From: a virus
Strand: one strand, 5' to 3'
IMG/VR virus record: IMGVR_UViG_3300045988_181135
DNA: 36,300 nt
Shown here: positions 1 to 7,547 of the stretch, one piece after another
How the letters are laid out: each line of letters begins with the position of its first letter
How positions within the stretch are numbered: the first letter of the stretch is position 1
Notes under the pieces: model-generated
The model's input: the letters and a program-made list of their open reading frames with translations, nothing else
The model's database searches: none
Told to the model about the DNA's origin: nothing
Program-made: the position numbers and the translations under genes

Positions 1-99
1 CTTTTTTTGGGTCGGGCGTAGGGCGGACCCTCCCCCGACACGGCACCGGCTGGAACGCCCGGCGGATGGTTAACGGAGCCCGCCGGGACCGGTGCCGCC
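1..99. repeat. Terminal direct repeat copy 1 (identical to 36202..36300); circular-assembly overlap
   Basis: The first 99 nt (ctttttttgggtcgggcgtagggcgg...gaccggtgccgcc) recur base-for-base as the last 99 nt of the window. Confidence 0.95.
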
Positions 100-113
100 T
101 CGGGGAAGGGGCC

Positions 114-263
114 TCAGCCCCGGAGCGAGGCGAGCGCCCACGCCGCGATGAACGGCAGCGCGGCCGAGAAGCACACCCGCGCGAGGCCGTAGGCCCCCTG
201 CGCGATGCAGAGCCATCCCGCGACATTCATCACGACGGCCGAGGCCAGCAGCGCCCGGGTCAT
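114..263 (-). CDS. Small hydrophobic, membrane-like protein (49 aa), absent from the ORF track
   Basis: ATG 263-261 overlaps the TGA of the upstream XRE gene (ATGA) and follows GGAGGAAGAGGG. Translation: MTRALLASAVVMNVAGWLCIAQGAYGLARVCFSAALPFIAAWALASLRG. Third codon positions are G/C-rich. Confidence 0.4.
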   Translation of the reverse strand: MTRALLASAVVMNVAGWLCIAQGAYGLARVCFSAALPFIAAWALASLRG

Positions 264-451
264 CCCTCTTCCTCCAGATCCTCCATGGGCACGCCCAGCG
301 CCCTCGCGAGCCGCTTGGCCGCCCCGTACTTCGCGTCGGCTATCCCCCGGCGCTCCCAGTTCCGTACCGTCGTCTCGGTCACGCCCGCCTTCACCGCGAG
401 CTTGAACTGCGAGAGTCCCGCCTTCTTGCGGAGCCGTCTGATCTCATTCAT
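260..451 (-). CDS. XRE/Cro-C1-type helix-turn-helix regulator (63 aa)
   Basis: IRRLRKKAGLSQFKLAVKAGVTETTVRNWERRG is a canonical XRE HTH. Confidence 0.85.
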   Translation of the reverse strand: MNEIRRLRKKAGLSQFKLAVKAGVTETTVRNWERRGIADAKYGAAKRLARALGVPMEDLEEEG

Positions 452-517
452 CTCCGTGTCCCCACGAACCCGTAAACTCCTTTGCGTTCATCCCTTTACG
501 CGAAAGGAGGTGATTAC

Positions 518-706
518 ATGTCAAAGGCCATCAAGGGCCTCAAGATCGACCGGAAGGCACTCAACCGCGTCGCCGCCAGGGGAATCGAGAAGGCCGCTGC
601 AACCGGCTCCCTCGAGATAACCTGCCAGAACTGCGGCAAGCGCTTCACGCTTCGCGGTCCCCAGACGAGCTGTCCCCGCTGCGGGACGTCGTATCGGACG
701 CGATAA
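518..706 (+). CDS. Small zinc-ribbon protein (62 aa)
   Basis: ATG 518 is preceded by AAAGGAGG (503-510). It has two CxxC pairs (CQNCG, CPRCG). The track start at 482 is an upstream TTG. Confidence 0.55.
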   Translation: MSKAIKGLKIDRKALNRVAARGIEKAAATGSLEITCQNCGKRFTLRGPQTSCPRCGTSYRTR

Positions 707-860
707 GGTCGGCCCCGATCTCCACGCCGTCCGCGAGCGAATCCAGGATCTCGCGGGCGGCGTCGATGTGGCCGGAAGCCACATCGAGCCTCGCCTGCAG
801 CTCGTCCACGCCCTTCAGCTTCACGCCGAGCGTGAGCTCGCCCATCTTCTTGCCTTCCAT
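645..860 (-). CDS. Hypothetical protein (about 71 aa)
   Basis: ATG 860 follows GGAGGAAGAG just after the stop of 878..1108. G/C3 bias is good for the first ~55 codons. The 3' tail overlaps convergent 518..706 by 62 nt, so the end is uncertain. Confidence 0.4.
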   Translation of the reverse strand: MEGKKMGELTLGVKLKGVDELQARLDVASGHIDAAREILDSLADGVEIGADLIASDTTSRSGDSSSGDREA

Positions 861-877
861 CTCTTCCTCCATCCGGC

Positions 878-1108
878 CTACGCGGCCTCGTCCGTGTTCC
901 AGCCCATCAGGTCGTTGGGCGTGCAGCCGAGGGCCAGCCCCAACGCCGCCAGGCTCTCGAGCGAAGGCGTCGAGGCCTTGGCCAGATAGTTGCGGATGCT
1001 GTATACCGACACGCCCGATGCCGCGGAAAGCTCCTCAGCGGTCTTGATGTCGACGTGAGCCATGAAGATGCGCAAGTTATGAGCAAAAGACTCTTTAACG
1101 TCCGTCAT
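878..1108 (-). CDS. XRE-family HTH regulator, Cro-like first gene of the leftward (lytic) unit
   Basis: HTH segment is DIKTAEELSAASGVSVYSIRNYL. AAGGAGG RBS upstream. It is divergent from the repressor-like gene 1254..1643 across an AT-rich spacer. Confidence 0.8.
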   Translation of the reverse strand: MTDVKESFAHNLRIFMAHVDIKTAEELSAASGVSVYSIRNYLAKASTPSLESLAALGLALGCTPNDLMGWNTDEAA

Positions 1109-1253
1109 GTGTACCTCCTTAATCTGAAAAGTACGGATTTCTTATCTCGCTAATTAGATTACTACGTATCTCGCACTTGTCAACAATTAAATACGGATTT
1201 CTTACACGTTTATCTAACTAATTGGTACACTCCTATCTAAGGAGGTACGAAAT
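1109..1253. promoter_or_regulatory. Divergent genetic-switch region with operator-like repeats
   Basis: This is an AT-rich island in a GC-rich genome. TACGGATTTCTTA occurs at 1132-1144 and 1192-1204 (60 bp apart). TATCTCGC/TATCTAAC-CTAATT motifs also recur (1143-1155, 1166-1174, 1211-1223). Confidence 0.6.
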
Positions 1254-1643
1254 ATGAACTTTTCTCTTCGATTGAGGGCCCTTAGAGAAGCCAAGGGTCT
1301 AAAGCAAAACCAGATGCCGGAACTTGTTGGCACGACCGCTCGCATATATGGCTCTTGGGAACGTGGCGAAACGCCGATTCTCCTTGAGGATGCTTTCAGA
1401 TGCGCTCAGGTACTCGGATGCACGCCCAACGACCTATGCGGATGGCCGCCCGGCCTCAACGATGGTGCCGCCGATGAGCTCGACCCCGAGGAGGGCGAGC
1501 TGCTCTACTGCTACCGGCAGAGCACCGAGAAGAGGCGCTCGAAGATCCTGGAGACGGCACGCGACCAGGCCGAGCTGTCCCAAAATCAACCTGCAGCGCC
1601 TGAAATCGAAGGGCTGGAAGCGGATCAAGTAAGGTCCGCGTAG
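1254..1643 (+). CDS. CI-like repressor: XRE HTH N-terminus plus C-terminal extension (129 aa)
   Basis: HTH segment is LRALREAKGLKQNQMPELVGTTARIYGSWERGE. TAAGGAGG RBS upstream. It is transcribed away from the lytic genes and toward the integrase. Confidence 0.8.
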   Translation: MNFSLRLRALREAKGLKQNQMPELVGTTARIYGSWERGETPILLEDAFRCAQVLGCTPNDLCGWPPGLNDGAADELDPEEGELLYCYRQSTEKRRSKILETARDQAELSQNQPAAPEIEGLEADQVRSA

Positions 1644-1668
1644 ACATTCAAAGGAACCACCTGCGAGA

Positions 1669-2226
1669 TTGGCAGATAACATGGGAATGTACGATTCAAT
1701 CGACCGCCTGGTGAACCTGTGCGACGAGGTCATCGAGAGCGACCCGCCCGGTCTCAGGCAGAAGGTGGTGGCACGGTATATGACGGCATTCGGGGAAATC
1801 ATCGAGCGCGAGACCGGGACCAGGGTGAAGGCCGACGTCAGCCCCGGCATGATCGATATCACGTCCATCGAGACAATCCGCGACCTGTTGCTCGCGCACA
1901 GGGACCGCATGGAGTACGACTACATGATGGCCAAGGCGACTGCCGACCAGATCGAGGCGAGGGCGACCGCCACCGTCGAGGCGACCGTCACGGTCGACTT
2001 CAACCAGACGATCAAGCAGATTTCGAGCAGCCAGGGCCTGTCGCCCGAGGACCTCGCCGCCGTGAAGCTCGCCCTCGCCGACCTGCGGTTCGCCGCCGAG
2101 GAGAAGGACGAGGGAGGCTTCGCCGAGAAGGCAAAGGACGCGCTCGACCTCGCATCCAAGGCCGCGGGGCTCGTCCCCAAGGTGGCCAAGGCGATCGGCA
2201 CCCTCGCGGCGCTCCTCGGGGCGTAG
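1669..2226 (+). CDS. Hypothetical protein of the lysogeny arm (185 aa)
   Basis: Strong G/C3 codon bias, immediately downstream of the CI-like gene. No family recognised by eye. Confidence 0.6.
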   Translation: MADNMGMYDSIDRLVNLCDEVIESDPPGLRQKVVARYMTAFGEIIERETGTRVKADVSPGMIDITSIETIRDLLLAHRDRMEYDYMMAKATADQIEARATATVEATVTVDFNQTIKQISSSQGLSPEDLAAVKLALADLRFAAEEKDEGGFAEKAKDALDLASKAAGLVPKVAKAIGTLAALLGA

Positions 2227-2241
2227 GCGCTAGTTAAAAGA

Positions 2242-2269
2242 ATAGGGCGCACCCGTAGGCACGCCCTAT
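2242..2269. terminator. Hairpin between convergent genes (possible bidirectional terminator)
   Basis: ATAGGGCG (2242-2249), a 12-nt loop, then CGCCCTAT (2262-2269). No clear U-tract. Confidence 0.35.
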
Positions 2270-2376
2270 CCGACCTTCCCAACTATCGCCAAGCGAAGAA
2301 CCAAGGGGTACGTATCGATGGGAGGGGACCTTTAATGAACCATTCTAGCTGCCGGCTGGAAGATCGCGAGCTTCCT

Positions 2377-2667
2377 CTAGACGCCCATGTACCCGATGAG
2401 GACCCATTGCCCGGTCTGCGGGCACCTCACGGCGCGCACGTCGTACTCGGACGCCAGGGAGTACGCGCACGGCCTGAGCGTCGCAAACGGGACGGGGCCC
2501 GCGGTGTCGTCCTTCACGCCCAGGGCGACGACCCTCACGGTGTCCCCGCGCTCCTGCGACACGAGTTCGTACCCCAAGCTCAACGGGATGCCCGTGAGCC
2601 CGTCGTAGATCATCGTGTCGGGGAAATCGTCCTCGTACGTGTATGCGCCTACGCTATAGCGAGCCAT
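2377..2667 (-). CDS. Hypothetical protein (96 aa), opposite-strand gene inside the lysogeny arm
   Basis: ATG 2667 is preceded by CCTGGAGGTACC (GGAGG RBS). Coding bias is good. No recognisable domain. Confidence 0.6.
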   Translation of the reverse strand: MARYSVGAYTYEDDFPDTMIYDGLTGIPLSLGYELVSQERGDTVRVVALGVKDDTAGPVPFATLRPCAYSLASEYDVRAVRCPQTGQWVLIGYMGV

Positions 2668-2723
2668 GGGTACCTCCAGGAGCGTGAATGGTGTTCATCA
2701 CGATTATGACCCGCGACGCGGCT

Positions 2724-2762
2724 AGGTTTTTCAGGTTTTTCCGGAAAAACCAAAGCGGGCGC
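2724..2762. repeat. Element R1: AGGTTTTTC x2 plus an 18-bp perfect palindrome GGTTTTTCCGGAAAAACC (2734-2751)
   Basis: It is near-identical to 4028-4065: 25 nt identical, then 1 mismatch and 1 indel, then GCGGGCGC. It lies 69 nt upstream of the DUF3644-like start. Confidence 0.85.
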
Positions 2763-2789
2763 AGGCACGCACCAAAACGCCAGTTGTTT

Positions 2790-2817
2790 CCCATTTTCGT
2801 AACGTCACGAAAATGGG
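2790..2817. promoter_or_regulatory. 11-bp perfect inverted repeat just upstream of the DUF3644-like RBS
   Basis: CCCATTTTCGT (2790-2800), loop aacgtc, then ACGAAAATGGG (2807-2817). Confidence 0.5.
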
Positions 2818-2830
2818 TGAAGGGAGAGTA

Positions 2831-3874
2831 ATGGAAGGCAATTGCGAGCAGACGTACAACCGGCTGCTGGATAAATCCAGCGAGGCCTTCGTCCTCGCCA
2901 TCGAGCTTTACAACAGACCGAGCATCAAATACAGGGTCGAGGGCTTCTCGTTCTTTATCTGCAACGCGTGGGAGCTCATGCTCAAAGCGAAGCTGATAGC
3001 GGACAGGGGCATATCGGCCGTCTACTATAGGGACAACACCGACAGGACGATCACGCTAGAGCGCTGCATCTCCCAGGTCTTCACGAACGACAAGGACCCG
3101 TTGAGGCGCAACCTCGAGGACATCATCCGCCTGCGCAACACGAGCACGCATTTCATCGTCCAGGAATACGAGCAGATCTACGTTGGCCTGTTCCAGTCGT
3201 GCGTGACGAACTTCGACGAGAAGATGTACGAGTTCCACGGGAGAAGGATGTCGGATATCATCCCCCAGCATTTCCTGATGCTGTCGATGAATGCCAACCC
3301 TGCCACGCCGGAGGTAATACGCGCCAAGTACCCAGTCGAGATAGCCTCGAAGTTCCTTTTCGATGAGTCGGAGATCGAACAGGAGCAGCAGCTCCAGGAG
3401 AACCAAAGGTACTCGTGCGTCTTCCTGACCGAGATGGCAATTACGAAAAACCCCAAAAATGCGGACTTCACCGTCGCCATCGACAACTCGTCTGACAGGA
3501 CGATCCGCACCGCGAAGGTGTTCCAGGACCCCAAGAACACGCACCCGCTGTCGATGAAGAAAGTGCTCGAGCATGTCAACTCAAGGCTCGGCAGGCTCGG
3601 GATCGTACTCATGGCAAATGGCGAGCCGAAACTGTTCACCGCCAATGACTGGAAGCTGTTCCTGAACTTCTACGACATCAAGTCGAACAAGGAACTCGCC
3701 TACAAGCACGAGGTCGGAAGGAACGGCTCGTACACATACTCGATGAAAACCGTTGATTTCATTGTGGAAAGGGTTCGCGAGAACCCGTCGGACGTAATCG
3801 ACTCCCTGAAGCAGGCGCTCGCTAAAAAGCAAAACGAGACGACCCCAGGGGCAAAGGATTCTAAGCGGAAATAA
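2831..3874 (+). CDS. DUF3644-like protein (347 aa), low-GC moron
   Basis: The N-terminus KSSEAFVLAIELYNRPSIKYRVEGFSFFICNAWELMLKAKL...LRNTSTHF matches my recollection of the DUF3644 (PF12358) signature. ATG 2831 follows AAGGGAGAG; the track start 2813 is less likely. The gene is visibly AT-richer than its flanks. Confidence 0.6.
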   Translation: MEGNCEQTYNRLLDKSSEAFVLAIELYNRPSIKYRVEGFSFFICNAWELMLKAKLIADRGISAVYYRDNTDRTITLERCISQVFTNDKDPLRRNLEDIIRLRNTSTHFIVQEYEQIYVGLFQSCVTNFDEKMYEFHGRRMSDIIPQHFLMLSMNANPATPEVIRAKYPVEIASKFLFDESEIEQEQQLQENQRYSCVFLTEMAITKNPKNADFTVAIDNSSDRTIRTAKVFQDPKNTHPLSMKKVLEHVNSRLGRLGIVLMANGEPKLFTANDWKLFLNFYDIKSNKELAYKHEVGRNGSYTYSMKTVDFIVERVRENPSDVIDSLKQALAKKQNETTPGAKDSKRK

Positions 3875-4027
3875 CCGCCTACTCCCATTCGGGAACCCAG
3901 CCGTATTCCTTCGCGGGTACGTCTCGTTACCGTGATTATCGTACTAATTGGCGTTGTTGTAAATCGAGCGGTTATGGAGATTGGAGACTGCAACGGCATT
4001 CAACGCGATTGGGATCAACGGCTCGGC

Positions 4028-4065
4028 AGGTTTTTCAGGTTTTTCCGGAAAATCCAAGCGGGCGC
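4028..4065. repeat. Element R2, second copy of R1
   Basis: Sequence is AGGTTTTTCAGGTTTTTCCGGAAAATCCAAGCGGGCGC. The palindrome arm has one mismatch. It lies 138 nt upstream of the int1 start. Confidence 0.85.
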
Positions 4066-4070
4066 CCAAG

Positions 4071-4091
4071 CTGTCAAAGAATCTTTGACAG
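4071..4091. promoter_or_regulatory. 21-bp perfect palindrome CTGTCAAAGA-A-TCTTTGACAG
   Basis: Read directly from the sequence. It sits between R2 and the int1 start. Confidence 0.6.
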
Positions 4092-4108
4092 CTCCAGACA
4101 TAAAGAAA

Positions 4109-4145
4109 CCCCACCGCGCACGGCTGGAACCTTGGCGCGGTGGGG
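4109..4145 (-). terminator. 11-bp GC stem hairpin, terminator-like in minus orientation
   Basis: CCCCACCGCGC (4109-4119), a 15-nt loop, then GCGCGGTGGGG (4135-4145). The minus strand continues TTTCTTTAT. There is no T-tract on the + strand. Confidence 0.35.
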
Positions 4146-4203
4146 TGATAGCAAGGATGCCGGAGTAACACGGAGATAGCTCCGGGCAACCTGGAGACAT
4201 TAT

Positions 4204-5364
4204 ATGACACGCAAGCAGAGGCGCCGCGCGTGGGGCTCAATCACCGAGGCCAAGCGTGGCAAGAAATACATCCTCCGATGGCAGGAGAACACGCCGTGCG
4301 GACGCAAACGTAAAACCAAGACGGTATACGGTACCTACCGCGAGGCGTGCACCGAACTCGACCGCATCCACGTAGAGCGCGCCGATGACAAGCCGGTGCC
4401 GACCATCGCCCAGGCATACGGTACATGGCTCGAGCCGACCATGGCGGCACAGGTGGCCGCCGGCACGCTCGCGCCGAACACCCGTAACCTCGTCACAAGG
4501 TCGTGGGCGAACTACGTCGGCCCCACATGGGGCTCAATGCCGGTCGACCAGTTGCGCCCCGTGCACCTGCAGGAATGGCTCCTGACTCTCCCCGCAGCGA
4601 CGGCGGACACTGCCCTACTCACCCTGCGCAAGATCTACGGCACTGTGTCGGGCTTTGTCGTGCTGCCCATCGACCCGTTTGCCGCCACCGTGAAGTACAC
4701 CATGCCCACGCGCAAGACACGCGAGCGCTCCAAGCGCCTGTACACGCTTGCCGAATCCAAGGACATCCTGGAGCGCCTGCACGGGACCTCGCTCGAGGCG
4801 CCGTTCATCATGGCATGCTTTGGCTCATGCCGGTCGGGTGAGTCGCTGGGCATCCGCACCGATGAGGTCATGCCATTCGCGACAGGATCAACAACGCTCG
4901 CAACGGTCGACCTCGTGCGCCAGATGGAGCAAGCGGGCATCGAGCCCACGGCGGACGGCGTACTCAAGACGCGAAAGTCCATACGCACAGTCGTGGTGCT
5001 GCCGGATGCCGCCGGGCGCCTGCTCGAAATTGCAGACGAACGCCGCGCGGCAGGCTCCGAGTGGCTAGCAGATCGCGGGGACGGACTGCCCATGAACCGA
5101 GGGATGTGCAATCATAGATGGAAGAAGTGGTGCGAGGCCGAGGGCATCGAGCACATCCCATGGTCGAACCTCCGCAACTCGTGGCGAACGATCTGCGAGA
5201 TGGAGTTGCACATGCCCTGGGACCTCATGGAGATGCTCATGGGTCACTCCCTGCCGGGCGTGTCGGGCCGACATTATATTCGTCCCTCTCGTGAGCAGGT
5301 GGCTCGTTCCGTTTGCGACGCACTTGGGATAAATTGGGATATTTCCCAACAAACCAGCAGGTAA
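4204..5364 (+). CDS. int: Tyrosine integrase Int1 (386 aa)
   Basis: Catalytic signature pieces are present: GSCRSGESLG (box I Arg), LKTRKS (Lys), LRNSWRT, LMGHS and RHYIRP (Tyr). There is an arm-binding-like basic N-terminus. GGAGA RBS upstream. Confidence 0.9.
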   Translation: MTRKQRRRAWGSITEAKRGKKYILRWQENTPCGRKRKTKTVYGTYREACTELDRIHVERADDKPVPTIAQAYGTWLEPTMAAQVAAGTLAPNTRNLVTRSWANYVGPTWGSMPVDQLRPVHLQEWLLTLPAATADTALLTLRKIYGTVSGFVVLPIDPFAATVKYTMPTRKTRERSKRLYTLAESKDILERLHGTSLEAPFIMACFGSCRSGESLGIRTDEVMPFATGSTTLATVDLVRQMEQAGIEPTADGVLKTRKSIRTVVVLPDAAGRLLEIADERRAAGSEWLADRGDGLPMNRGMCNHRWKKWCEAEGIEHIPWSNLRNSWRTICEMELHMPWDLMEMLMGHSLPGVSGRHYIRPSREQVARSVCDALGINWDISQQTSR

Positions 5365-5507
5365 AACGGGCGCTGTTAATAGTGGCAGTACTGACCTGTA
5401 GGAACGACAAAAACGAACACACCGTTTACCTGCTGGTTCAAGTACGACAACAACGGCAGAAGCGCATAAAACGGGTTAGCACGCGCACTTGGGATAATTT
5501 GGGGATA
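5319..5507. promoter_or_regulatory. attP-candidate repeat cluster overlapping the int1 3' end
   Basis: Direct repeat: CGCACTTGGGATAA(A/T)TT(G)GGGATA at 5319-5341 and 5484-5507. Inverted repeat: AACCAGCAGGTAAAACGG (5352-5369) and CCGTTTACCTGCTGGTT (5422-5438). TAAAACGGG occurs twice (5363-5371 and 5467-5475). Confidence 0.45.
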
Positions 5508-5550
5508 CGCTAGGGTCACCGTCGAGCTGACGAATCGTCTTGTTTAATTC

Positions 5551-5595
5551 AAAAAAAGCTCCCTCCCTGGACAACCAGGGAGGGAGCTTTTTCGT
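5551..5595. terminator. Bidirectional intrinsic terminator between int1 and the endolysin
   Basis: A7, then AGCTCCCTCCCTGG (5557-5570), loop ACAA, then CCAGGGAGGGAGCT (5575-5588), then TTTTCGTTTGTT. Confidence 0.9.
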
Positions 5596-5619
5596 TTGTT
5601 GCCAATCAATAATCGAGGG

Positions 5620-6597
5620 TCATCGGTACAACCCACGGACCAGCGCCTTGCCGATCGCGACGTTGGTGTCACGGCCGTGGTATCCATCGGCGCCTGACGA
5701 GCCGCACGAGATGCCATGTGCGATAAGCCAACGCTGGTGCTGTTTGATGGTTCCGCTGTTCATCTGGCGAGCCTGGACACCGCAGGACTCAGGGTAGATC
5801 TTGCAACCCACTTTGCGCTGAAGCGCCAGGACCATATCAGAGCCGCAACCTTTTCCGGCCTTCGCCCACTCGACGCAGCCCGCATCGACGGCCCAGAAAT
5901 AAGACTTGTTAGTGAGCCACTGACCCGAGATGACCCCGTCGGCGGAGGTCCCAAGCTGGCGCTGAAGCTCACTAATCATCTTGGGACCGAGGTAGCGCGT
6001 GTCACCGAGGCTCGAGACGGTGTTGTCCCTGACCTCGGTGTTTGTGCCGCTGAGCGTCTTGCCGTCGCCGAGCCAGTACAAGGTGCCGTCCCACGGATAG
6101 CTGTAGTACGGCTTGATGTTGCTCTCGCGCCCCGTCTGATCGCCCTCTGCACCGGTGACGGTGCCTTTTTCCGAGATGGAAAACTGTGCCAGCATGTCGC
6201 CGCGTATGGAGCCGTAGGGCGAGATGCACACGGCGGTGTGATGCCTCTCGTTGAGATAGATGTCGCCGCGCCGCGCCGACTTTACGCCCATCTTTCGCCA
6301 TCCGAAAAGCCCGGTCTTGAGCAACTGCGTGCGCATGTTGCCGGTATAGGTGGCGCCGAACGTGTTCACGCCAACGGCGCGCAGGGCGGTTATCACCGCC
6401 GAGCTACAGTCACGGTCGCCGCCCGCGACGGTCACAGTCGTGCCATCGGAAAGAGTGATGACCTCCGTGGTGCCGTCGCCCATGCGGTTTATCTGGGAAT
6501 AGCCGTGTCCCGTTCCCCCGTCATGCGAGACGAGGTGCTCAATTACCTGCGCGAAGGCCTCACGCTGAGTGATCGCCACTAGCGTCGCCTCCTCCAT
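5620..6597 (-). CDS. Endolysin: Cys-His peptidoglycan hydrolase (Amidase_5/CHAP-like) with C-terminal wall-binding-like repeats
   Basis: Motifs GDRDCSS and ERHHTAV (Cys/His) and EGDQTGRE are present. C-terminal repeats resemble LQRQLGTSADGVISGQ and LQRKVG. It lies directly downstream of the holin. Confidence 0.75.
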   Translation of the reverse strand: MEEATLVAITQREAFAQVIEHLVSHDGGTGHGYSQINRMGDGTTEVITLSDGTTVTVAGGDRDCSSAVITALRAVGVNTFGATYTGNMRTQLLKTGLFGWRKMGVKSARRGDIYLNERHHTAVCISPYGSIRGDMLAQFSISEKGTVTGAEGDQTGRESNIKPYYSYPWDGTLYWLGDGKTLSGTNTEVRDNTVSSLGDTRYLGPKMISELQRQLGTSADGVISGQWLTNKSYFWAVDAGCVEWAKAGKGCGSDMVLALQRKVGCKIYPESCGVQARQMNSGTIKQHQRWLIAHGISCGSSGADGYHGRDTNVAIGKALVRGLYR

Positions 6598-6955
6598 CGT
6601 GCTTGAAGATGCGCATGAGCGGGGTGTCGCGCAGCTCGGGATAGCCTGAGCAGACGTTCTCCATGCAGCTCGCGACCTCCATGACGGCGATGTAGGTGCA
6701 AACGACCGTGACGGTCACGCCGCCCAGGCCAAGGCCCACGACGTGCTGCGTGCCCGCCTCGATGATGATGGAAAGCAGGATAACGCAGAGGAGCTGCGCC
6801 TTGTGGCCGAGCCCCTCGCGCATCTTGGAGCTCGAAACGGTACCGTTGATGACGGCGCTGATGAAGCCGGTGACGATGTCCATGAGCATTAGTGCGCATG
6901 CAAGGCTAATGGTCCAGACCTGAGGCTCGGTCAGCTGGACGAAGAAGATTGACAT
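6560..6955 (-). CDS. Holin (phage_holin_4_1 / LL-H-like)
   Basis: 131 aa with 3-4 hydrophobic helices and the motif MDIVTGFISAVINGTVSSSKMREGLGHK. It overlaps the endolysin start by 38 nt. Confidence 0.8.
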   Translation of the reverse strand: MSIFFVQLTEPQVWTISLACALMLMDIVTGFISAVINGTVSSSKMREGLGHKAQLLCVILLSIIIEAGTQHVVGLGLGGVTVTVVCTYIAVMEVASCMENVCSGYPELRDTPLMRIFKHDGGGDASGDHSA

Positions 6956-6966
6956 GCGATCCTCCC

Positions 6967-7539
6967 CTAGCCGTTGCTCACGATGCTCCAGGCGCCGTCA
7001 GACCCGACGACGCCGGGCTCGAGCGTGTTGCCGTCAATCAGCGACTCGTAGACGGTGCCGTACTTGGTAACCCGGTCGCCCTTGGCGTACGACTTTCCTC
7101 CGATCCACTCGGGAACGTCGGCGCCGCCGGCCGTGGACGCTACGACCTTCGCCCAGTGCTGGGGATCGGATACGGGGTCCGCAGCGGTCGCCGTGTGGCC
7201 GGAGATGGCCTTGTAGAGCGTGCCCTGCCAGAGCACGCGGTCTCCCTGCGCATAGACGTGACCGCATGCATAGAGCGGATAGAGCGCCGGAACATTCAAC
7301 GCATCATGGTCGGAGAGGGTGGCCGCCTGGATCTGGGCGAGCACGAGGGCAGCGTCCTGAGGCGTTCCGGCATCGGGAACGAGAGTCCACACCTGCCAGA
7401 TGGCGCCGTCATGCTGCTCATAGGCGAGCACCGTGTGGTAACCGGCGTCGGGGTTGGGTTCCGCCGCCTCGCGAATCGGCAGGCCGGAGCCGTCCGTAGT
7501 CAGGTAGACAGACCCAGATACAAATTGTCCGTAAAACAT
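6967..7539 (-). CDS. Protein with two CBM5/12-like carbohydrate-binding repeats (190 aa)
   Basis: The repeats are YAQGDRVLWQGTLYKAISGH...PQHWAKV and YAKGDRVTKYGTVYESLIDG...GAWSIV. The N-terminus is paralogous to 7548..7955. Confidence 0.6.
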   Translation of the reverse strand: MFYGQFVSGSVYLTTDGSGLPIREAAEPNPDAGYHTVLAYEQHDGAIWQVWTLVPDAGTPQDAALVLAQIQAATLSDHDALNVPALYPLYACGHVYAQGDRVLWQGTLYKAISGHTATAADPVSDPQHWAKVVASTAGGADVPEWIGGKSYAKGDRVTKYGTVYESLIDGNTLEPGVVGSDGAWSIVSNG

Positions 7540-7547
7540 TTTTCTCC

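Noticed and set aside
1-99. Biological direct terminal repeat, or LTR-like ends of a mobile element
   Set aside because: The 99-nt length equals a standard assembly k-mer. The junction interrupts nothing and lies inside a leader region with continuous operon logic. An assembly overlap is the simpler explanation. Physical termini still need read-based analysis.
66-620. 184-aa + strand ORF spanning the window start
   Set aside because: It is Arg/Pro/Ser-rich. It overlaps the well-supported XRE gene (260..451, minus) and the small membrane ORF on the other strand. It has no RBS.
3932-4168. 78-aa + ORF in the spacer between the DUF3644-like gene and int1 (also 3944..4240 and 4015..4200 on the minus strand)
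   Set aside because: It has a GTG start without an RBS. It runs through the R2 repeat, the 21-bp palindrome and the GC hairpin. Its composition looks non-coding.
5431-5445. tRNA 3' fragment (GGTTCAAGT T-loop-like) as an attP core
   Set aside because: The flanking bases cannot form a T-stem or acceptor stem, so this is only a 9-nt resemblance.
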